Shown: positions 54,692 through 64,000 of the stretch, piece by piece
How positions within the stretch are numbered: position 1 is the first letter of the stretch
How the letters are laid out: each line of letters opens with the position of its first letter
Origin: Octopus sinensis
Taxonomy: Eukaryota
Assembly (NCBI RefSeq): GCF_006345805.1
Contig: NC_043014.1
Location: 54,684,001-54,748,000 of the forward strand
Length of the DNA stretch: 64,000 bases
Direction of reading: 5' to 3'
Position numbers and translations under genes: made by a program
Notes under the pieces: generated by a model
Told to the model about the DNA's origin: nothing
Databases searched by the model: none
Seen by the model: the letters and a program-made list of their open reading frames with translations, nothing else

Positions 54692-54880
54692 CATATACAT
54701 ATAATTATATATATATTATATACATACATATATATATATATACATACATATACATACATATATATATATATATATATACATACTATATATATATATATAC
54801 AATACCTATATATATCTATATATTATACATACATATAATACATACATATACATACATACATATATATATATATATATGAA
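52430..54880. repeat. Long (TACATA)/(TA)/(CA) arrays interrupted by an RTE tail (~52853-53012) and SINE fragments (~54180-54400)
   Basis: Seen directly. Confidence 0.95.
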
Positions 54881-55759
54881 TGAATGTATGCATTCATATG
54901 GATGAATATGTGTGTGTGTGTGTTTAAACTCATTTCCATTGGTTGTTCCGCCTTCTTTTCAAGGGAGAGAAGCCATGCAGGAAAATTTTATCCTGTTCTC
55001 TCTCCCTCTCCCCCTCTCTCTCTTTTTCTCTTCCAGTCAGAAAATGATTTACAAACCAACACATTTTTTCTGTCCATTTTTAAAATTGTAATTTTTAATC
55101 TAATTTCGCCATGTAATCTCTCTATTCACAGAGCAGCTCTCTTTCAGAAATATCATTCTCTTCAACGGTTTGAAATGTTTCACAGATTTAACTGCATTAT
55201 ACAGGAGTTAATGACTTCATAAGACTAGATAAGAAGAAGACTCGAAGAATTGATTAATTCCTTGACTTGGAGACGGAAATAAAAGCAGCCAAATAATATT
55301 TATAAATATTGAATAAAGTTTTTGGCTCATTCTGAATCAAGTAGAAAGTCAGATTTTTCAAATATTTTGAAAATTGACAGCAGATATTAAATGATAATAA
55401 TGATGATGATAGTGGTGGTGGTGGTGATGATGATGATAGTGGTGGTGGTGGTGATGATGACGATGATGATGATGGCATTGGTGATGGTAATGATGATGAC
55501 ATTGGTGATGGTAATGATGATGATGATAGTGGTGGTGGTGGTGATGATGATGACGATGATGATGATGACATTGCTGATGGTAATGATGATGATGATCATA
55601 TCCGTAAGACAGAGATTGGCTCTGAAGCACCAGACATGGGTTTCAGAAGTATTTCGTTTCACTTCCTTGGGAAAATTTGAAGATATTTCATACTTGTCTG
55701 TAAATAAACTAAGAAAAGTGATACCTTCAATATTTCTTTTAATTATTAGCAAGGGTACG

Positions 55760-56108
55760 GTGAAGGTGCATGGCTCAGTGGTTAGAGTGTCGAGCTTACG
55801 ATCGTGAGGTTGTGAGTTCGAATCCCGGACCGGGCTGCGTGTTGTGTTCTTGAGCAAGACACTTTATTTCACGTTGCTCCAGTTCACTCAGATGTAGAAA
55901 TGAGTTGCGACATCACAGGTGCCAAGCGGTATCGACCCCTTTGCCTTTCCCTTGGATAACACTGGTGGTGTGGAGAAGGGCGGCTGGTATGCATAGGCGA
56001 CTGCTGGTCTTCCATAAACAACTTTGCCCGAACTTGTGCCTGGGAGGGTAACTTTCTAGGTGCAGTCCCATGGTCTGTGTCATGACCGAAGGGGTCTCAG
56101 CAGTCAGC
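55760..56108 (+). mobile_element. Full-length tRNA-derived SINE family E
   Basis: A-box TGGCTCAGTGG, B-box GAGTTCGAATCC, central TTCTTGAGCAAGACACTT, 12-bp TSD AGCAAGGGTACG at 55748-59 and 56109-20. Confidence 0.9.
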
Positions 56109-57411
56109 AGCAAGGGTACGAGGTCGACTTTACCTTTCATCCTTTTGGGATCGACAAATTAAGTACCAGTTGCGTACTGGAGTCAATCTAATTGACTGAC
56201 TCCTTTCCCCAAAATTGCGGGCCTTGTGCCTAGAGTAGAAGAAAATATTAGCAAGAGTAAACATTAAAAAATAGAAGCAGGACTGTGTTGTAAAGAAGTT
56301 TGCTTCCCAACCAAGTGGTTCTGGGTTCAGTCCTGCTGCGTGGCACCTTGTACAAGAGTCTTCTACCAAAGCTGTATAGATTGGCAGATGGAAACTGAAA
56401 GAAACCCTTTTGTGTATGTGTGCATGAATGTGTGTGTGTGCGTGTGTTTTTTATTACAAATCTTGCTGTTACAGAACAGTTGTAAACAAGCATCACCGTC
56501 ATACATGCAGAGTCCTTTATTTCCAATCTGCCGTGAAAACATGTCTGACCAAAAGGAAATATTACCGTGTTTGGAAATAGGAGAAGGCTGGTAAAGGGCA
56601 TTTGTGTCAACAAATTCCATCTGACCCATACAAGTATAGTAATGTAGACATTAAAATTATCATGATGATGGTGATGATGATGTTCTTACTAGATGCTTCC
56701 GGCTCTTTCCTAATGCTGAATTCAAAGGAACCCAACCACATTCAAGAATTTGGTGATCTCCAAGTTGCTGGAACTGATGGCTAAATATACAAACATGATG
56801 TTTGTTTCTTTTCATTTGTTTTGTCAGATTGGAAACGATCTTGTGGAGACAGGAGACATGTCTGGAAGAGAAATGAGAACATTAAAATTTGGTATCTGCT
56901 ACATGACATAACGTTAGGTCCGCTTCCATTTAAGGATTGCTAAAGTTGTGTCTGCAAATACCCAGCAAACCTATCATCATCATCATCATCACCACCATCA
57001 TCGATTAACATCTGTTATTCCATGCTGGCATGGGTTGGATGGTTTGACTGAGGTCTGGGAAGCCAGGAGGCTGCACCAAGCTTCAATCTGATCTGGCAGT
57101 GTTTCTACAGCTGGATGCCCTTCCTAATGCCAACCACTCCGAGAGTGTAGAGGGTGCTTTTTATGTGCCACCGGCACGGGGCCAGTGTGGGGGTACTTAG
57201 TCTCTATGACTACATACTATATTTAGTATGGGTGAGTGTGTATGTGTCTAGGTGCAGGAGTGGATGTGTAGTAAGTAGCTTGCTTACCAACCACATAGTT
57301 CCGGGTTCAGTCCCACTGCGTGGCACCTTGGGCAAGTGTCGTCTACTATAGCCTCGGGCCGACCAAAGCTTTGTGAGTGGATTTGGTAGACGGAAACTGA
57401 AAGAAGCCTGT

Positions 57412-57452
<41 letters not shown>

Positions 57453-58540
57453 TGTGTGTGTGTGTGTTTGTGTGTCTGTGTTTGTACCCACAACATCGCT
57501 TGACAACTGATATTGGTGTGTTTATGTCCCTGTAACTTAGCAGTTCAGCAAAAGAGACCGATAGAATGAGTACTAGGCTTACGAAAACTGAGTCCTGGGG
57601 CCGATTTGTTCGACTAAATGCGATGCTCCAGCATGGCCGCTGTCAAATGACTGAAACGAACAAAAGAAGAGAAAAAGAGAAAAGAACATGTCAAGGGATG
57701 GCACCCAGCTTCATCCCCCGCTGAAGAAGTCAGCTGCTGTGGCTTTCTGTCAAGATTAGTGTTTTTCCATTAATTTTATGTCAAGATAAGAACTTTGGGA
57801 CAAATTGGCTACCAGTTGGAATTCACCTTGGCACTAGAACAATAGAATGATGGCATCACAGAATTAATTCTCATCCATCCTTAATATCTGTTTTTTTTAT
57901 TACCGACAAGGGGCTAAACATAGAGGGGACAAGCAAGGACAGACACACGGATCAAGTCAATTACATCGACACCAGTGCGTAACTGGTACTTAATTTATCG
58001 ACCCCGAAAGGATGAAAGGCAAAGTCCATCCTTAATATCTGATCAAACACCACTGGGGCATATAGTCATGCTATTTAGCTCCCTTTAATTTTGGGACCCT
58101 GGCCGAATTAGCCCTCCACGGGAGCTAGCTTAAAAGTCCACAAGGAGTATAGCTTTTAAGCTGGTTATTAATATAGGAAGGATACTAAACATGATTGAGT
58201 GAAGGTAGAATTGTTTCAACAGTGCCAGAACATTGGAATGAAAGTGTCAGAGGCTTCGATCATGAAACAGGCTTGAATCTTCCTATGAAGAATTTGAATT
58301 AGAATATGATTAGTAAATGTGCCGACTGAAGGTGACGACTGCTGGTTTGGCAAAATGGTAAACTCTGGAATATTTTGGAACCAATATTACCTGAAATTCA
58401 GTGTTGCAGTTGTATTATATAGTGACAATGAATTCAATTGAATTAATGGTTGGGCTCTTGGATTCAGGATCATAAGTTTACAGATTCATTTCCAAGACTG
58501 ATTTGGTACAGAATCTCAACCAGCTAAATACAGCAGAATG

Positions 58541-58890
58541 GTTAGTTAGTTAGTTAGTTAATTTGGCTCAAAAGTAAATAGCAAGGCCATGTAGGGGGAC
58601 ATGGAGTTAAGTACAGGGTGGTGTTCATGTAAAGAGTTCAGGCTACTTGAGGTCAAGGGAGACTTTGAACAAAGCGGTCGTTGGCATCTTCACCATCTCG
58701 TCTGGCAGCTTGTTCCACGGATCCGCAACCCGGACGGAGAAAGCTCCTCTCCTTCGATTGAGATGAAATCGTCGCAGGTAGAGCTTTTCGGAATGACCCC
58801 GCAGCCGACGCTCTGGAGCAGGAGTGAAGAATAGCTCTTTTGAGAGGTTACACTTTCCGCTTATGATGTTGTGAGCGAGAATGGTTATGG
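58541..58890 (-). mobile_element. Second CR1-clade LINE 3' end with an (AACT)n tail
   Basis: RRLRGHSEKL..FSVRVADPWNKLP. (GTTA)n on the + strand at ~58541-58560. Confidence 0.8.
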
Positions 58891-59424
58891 GTGAGCTGAA
58901 GGCAGTTTGGCACCAGGATGATGGACAACTGAAGGTACAGGATTTCAGATGCAATCTTGTCAGCCTGGTTCTTGGAAGGGTCTGCCATGCAGAAAGCAAT
59001 TGCTTGAATGGTCAGTAAATTCTTGCAAATTCTTTGGATAAAAGAACTTCATGGCTCTCTCTTTCCTCCTCTGCATCATCCTATAAAAGAGCAAAATATA
59101 ATTATTAAGATAACATTTTTTTTATCCACGATTAATGTGTAAAAGATTCTCAAAACATATTTCATATTAGATAGATTTTTTTCTAAACCACTGAAAATAA
59201 CAAAATTTCAAAACTTCTAAAATTTTATAAGCTATAAAATTCTGCAACCCAAGCAAGCAGAAATTGTAAAGCTTCCTTCGAAAAAAAAAAAGAAAAAAAG
59301 AAGAGCCCTGAGTTTGCCAAGATCCCAGAGAAATATTCTAAAATATATCTTGTAGGCGTCACATATTTTAGTGGTTGTTGCCAGAATATACTGACCACAG
59401 ATAACAAGAGGCTGCAAGTATTAG

Positions 59425-60680
59425 TAAAATGCTTTCGTTGACATGGAGAAAGCCTTTGACAGCCCCCCCCCCCAATTCCTAATCTGGTAGTCAATGAGGA
59501 AACTAGGGATAGATGAATGGTTAGTGAGAGCTGTACAAGCCATGTATAGGGATGCTGTCAGTAAGGTAAGGGTCGGCAATGAGTATAGTGAAGAATTCCG
59601 TGTAGAAGTAGGGGTTCACCAAGTTCAGTCCTCAGCCCCCTCTTATTCATCATAGTCCTCCAAGCAATAACAGAGGAATTCAAGACAGGATGCTCCTGGG
59701 AGCTTCTCTATGCTGATGACCTTGCTCTAATAGCTGAGTCACTACCAGAACTAGAAGAGAAGCTTCAGGTGTGGAAGCAAGGATTAGAATCAAAGGACCT
59801 TAGAGTCAACCTAGCAAAAACCAAGGAAGGCAAACAAATCACAAATCCCTTCAGGTAGATGGCCATGCTCGATCTGTAGAAAAGGCGTAGGTAGAAACTC
59901 TATAAGGTGTACCCAGTGTAAGCTATGGACACATAAGAGGTGCAGCAATATCAAAGGAAGGCTAACTAGGAAGATAGTTTTTGTATGTGGCAGATGCTCA
60001 GGAGCAATAAACACTGAAAATGTGCAGAGAACAACTTCTGCCACATTCCAGGGAGGAAAACTAGATGTAGTTGATAGCTTCCGTTACCTAGGTGACCAAG
60101 TCAAAGCTGTGATGGATCCCCTGAAGGTGTAGTCGCTAGAATGAGAATAGCCTGAGCAAAGTTCAGAGAGCTCCTACTTCTGTTGGTGACAAAGAGCTTC
60201 TCGCTCAGAGTAACAGGTAGATTGTATGACGCATGTGTGCAAACAGTCATGCTACATGGTAGTGAAACATGGGATGTGACTGCTGAGGACATGCATAAGC
60301 TCACAAGGAATGAAGCTAGTATGCTCCGCTGGATGTGTAATGTCAGTGTGCATACACAACAGAGTGTGAGCGCCCTGAGAGAAAAGTTGGACGTAAGAAG
60401 CGTCAGATGTGGTGTACAAGAGAGATGACTGCACTGGTATGGTCATGTGTTGCGAATGGATGAGGACAGCTGTGTGAGAAAGTGTCACACCCTAGAAGTA
60501 GACCCAGGAAGACCTGGGATGAGGTGGTGAAGCATGACCTTCGAACATTGGGGCTCACCGAGACCTTTGGAGATATGCTGTGCTTGAGAAGATCTGGCAA
60601 GCCAAGTGAGACCATAACTGTGGCCTATGCCAGAGGTGTATAACGAGCCCATTTAAGGGTACCCTTCAATTGTTGGACAA
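59425..60680 (+). pseudogene. RTE-clade LINE reverse transcriptase, 3' portion, frameshifted, with internal PHD finger
   Basis: FVDMEKAFD, GVHQ/SVLSPLLF, LLYADD (YADD at 59709-59720), VNLAKTK, FRYLG and the C-terminal ..RVTGRLYDACVQTVMLHGSETW.. Confidence 0.92.
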
Positions 60681-60694
60681 TATATTAAGCTTGT

Positions 60695-62765
60695 ATAAAT
60701 ATATATACATGTACATATATATATATATACATATATACACACACACATATATATACATATACACACATATATACATATATACACACACACATATATATAC
60801 ATATACACACACACACATATATACATATACACATATATATACATATACACACACACATATATATATATACATATACACACACACATATATATATATACAT
60901 ATACACACACACATATATATACATATACACACACACATATATATACATATACACACACATATATACATATACACATATATATATACATATACACACACAC
61001 ATATATATATACATATACACACATATATATATACATATACACCATATTATATACATATACACACATATATATTATATATACATATACACACATATATATA
61101 TATACATATACACACATATATATATATACATATACACACAATATATATATACATAACACACACACATATATATATATATATATACATATACACACACATT
61201 ATATATATATATACACACACATATATATATACATACATAACACACACATATAATATATATATACATACACATATATATATATACACACACATATATATAT
61301 ACATATAACACACACATATATATATATACATATACACACACATATATATAATACATATACACACACATATATATATATACATATACACACAATATATATA
61401 TATATACTATACACACACATATATATATACATATCACACATATATATATACATATACACCATATATATATACATATACACACCTATATATATATATATAC
61501 ACACACACATATATATATAACATATACACACACATATATATATATACATATACCACACATAGATATATACATATACACACACACATATATATACACACAC
61601 ACATATATATATACACACACACACATATATTATATACATATACACACACACATATGTATATATATACATATACACACATACATATATATATATATATATA
61701 CATATACACACATACATATATATATATATACATATACACACATATATATATACATACATATACACACACATATATATACATACATATACACACATATATA
61801 TATATATACATATACACACACATATATATATATATACATATACACACATATATATATATATACATATACACACACATATATATATATACATATACACACA
61901 TATATATATATATACATATACACACATATATATATATATACATATACACACATATATATATATATACATATACACACATATATATATATATACATATACA
62001 CACACATATATATATACATATACACACATATATATATTATATACATATACACACATATATATATATATACATATACACACATATATATATACACATATAT
62101 ATATACATATATATACATATACACACATATATATATATATATATATACATACACACATATATATATACACATATATATATACATACACATATATATATAC
62201 ACACATATATATACATACATATACACACATATATATATATACATAACACACACACATATATATATATACATATACACACATATATATACGCATACACATT
62301 ATTTCATAGATAGATAAATAGATATAGATATATAGTCTATAAATCCTGCTGTATACATTCATACACATCTATAATCTTCACACAAATACAGAAATCAATC
62401 GCTACGTACAGAAAAGTGACAAACCGTTTAGAAATTTCACGGGGAGAAATCTATGAACTTTGATTGTTAAATAATGCCGATCAGATGGAACGAACGTTAA
62501 TACACTTACACGAACAGCACCACATTGAAAATATGTGTTTTCTGTGGCTTTCTATGTGATTAAGTAATCTTTATTAGTCTTTAATTATACACGCAGAATA
62601 TACACGCATATCTATATATGTTATATGGCATTAGAAAACACGTGTGAATTCTTCTTTCTCAGATGAGTGAGCGTATCGATGCCTGTATAAATAAACAGAT
62701 GCTTGAAATTATTTCTCTTATTTCTAAACAGTTTCCCCGTGTTGTATTTTGATGTCTCAATATAT

Positions 62766-62800
<35 letters not shown>

Positions 62801-63280
62801 TATACATGAGTGTGTGTGTGTGTGTGTATATGTATGTATATGTATATATATATATATATATACACACATACATATATATATACATACATATATATACACA
62901 TACATACATATATATATACATACATATACACATACATATATATACACATACATATATATACACATACATATATATATACATACATATATATACACATACA
63001 TATATATACACATACATATATATACACATACATATACATACACATACATACACATACATATACATACACATACATATACATACATATATATATATATACA
63101 CATACATATACACATACATATACATACATATATATATATATACACATATATACACATACATATACATACATATATATATATATACATACGTATACATATA
63201 TATATATATATACATATGTATATATATATATATATGTATATATATGTATATATATTTGTATATATATATATATATTTGTA
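60695..63280. repeat. Two long TA/CA compound microsatellite arrays (~60695-62330 and ~62760-63280)
   Basis: Seen directly. Confidence 0.95.
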
Positions 63281-63694
63281 GGTGGCAAAAAAAAAATCGC
63301 AGCTGTGTGAAATAGATAAGGAAAGAGAGAAAGAAGAGAGATTTCCTTATAATCTGACGAAATAATAAAATGTATAAAATAAAGACAGATGCCGATGTTT
63401 GTTGTAACCAAAAAAGAAATGTAAAAAAAAAATGCCACCCCAAAACAAAAAAGAAGGAAAAAAAAACGCTGATCGTCTCAGCTTCTTCATCCCTAATAAA
63501 GGAGTCAGGCCCAGTTCGAAACCACGTTTGTTATGAAACATGTTAAATATCAGAGGTGGTGGTGGAGGCGGTGCACTATGTAGTACCGTCGCACGCACAC
63601 ACGCATACATGTGTGTGTGTAAACATATGTAGAGATATAGAGAGACGCAAGGCAAGACATATGCACGCAGGAACGCACGCACACACACACATAC

Positions 63695-64000
63695 ATAGAC
63701 ATGCATTGAAACCGACACACGCGCGCACACATATGCATTGAAACGGGCACACGCACACGCACGTACACTCACACATGCATTGGAACTACACACGCACGCA
63801 CATACATGCATGCATTGAAACGGACGCGCACACGCACGCACACTCACACATGCATTGAAACCGCCACACACGCACACATACATGCATTGAAACCGCCACA
63901 CGCACGCACACATGCATTGAAACGGGCATACGCACGCACGCACACTCACACATGCATTGAAACGGACACACGCAAGCACACTCACACACATGCATTGAAA
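63695..64000 (+). repeat. Minisatellite with constant ATGCATTGAAAC core and variable CA-rich linkers, 9 cores, running off the right edge
   Basis: Cores spaced about 29-42 bp apart. Confidence 0.9.

Noticed and set aside
55760-55835. tRNA gene-like heads (also at 28050-28122 and SINE A/B heads)
   Set aside because: They have A/B boxes but continue into SINE bodies with TSDs. I could not form a full cloverleaf with an acceptor stem.
52339-63438. Long ORFs of 100-390 aa rich in Y/I/M/C/V/H/T (also at 12671-13412, 28421-29069, 34966-35490)
   Set aside because: They are translations of TA/CA microsatellites that lack stops by composition, with no domain content.
63695-64000. CRISPR-like look of a constant core with variable spacers
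   Set aside because: The core is only ~12 bp, the linkers are related low-complexity CA sequence, there are no cas genes and the context is eukaryotic.

Overview
Repeat-saturated, AT-rich eukaryotic non-coding DNA. The repeat families match those I recall from Octopus genomes (from memory, not a database search). I cannot identify a host protein-coding gene. Almost all long ORFs in the track are microsatellite or antisense-repeat artefacts. The only recognisable coding sequence is from decayed transposons: an RTE-clade reverse transcriptase with a complete C4HC3 PHD finger inside the RT (59.4-60.7 kb), R4/Dong-type RT and restriction-like endonuclease fragments (16.9-18.7 kb), two CR1-type 3' ends, and a Tc1-like transposase with D35E spacing and an IR-DR end. 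The window also holds four tRNA-derived SINE families (my labels A, B, D, E), many RTE 3' tails, two non-autonomous Helitrons, two Tc1/mariner MITEs and a ~370-bp foldback element. A ~560-bp element occurs twice inside (ATT)n tracts, and a Penelope-like fragment carries a degenerate minimal hammerhead ribozyme. There is also a spacer-less palindrome and kilobase-long TA/CA arrays. Several repeat-free islands contain candidate small exons, reported at low confidence. There is no CRISPR array, rRNA or intact tRNA, and I cannot support a claim of a wholly new system.
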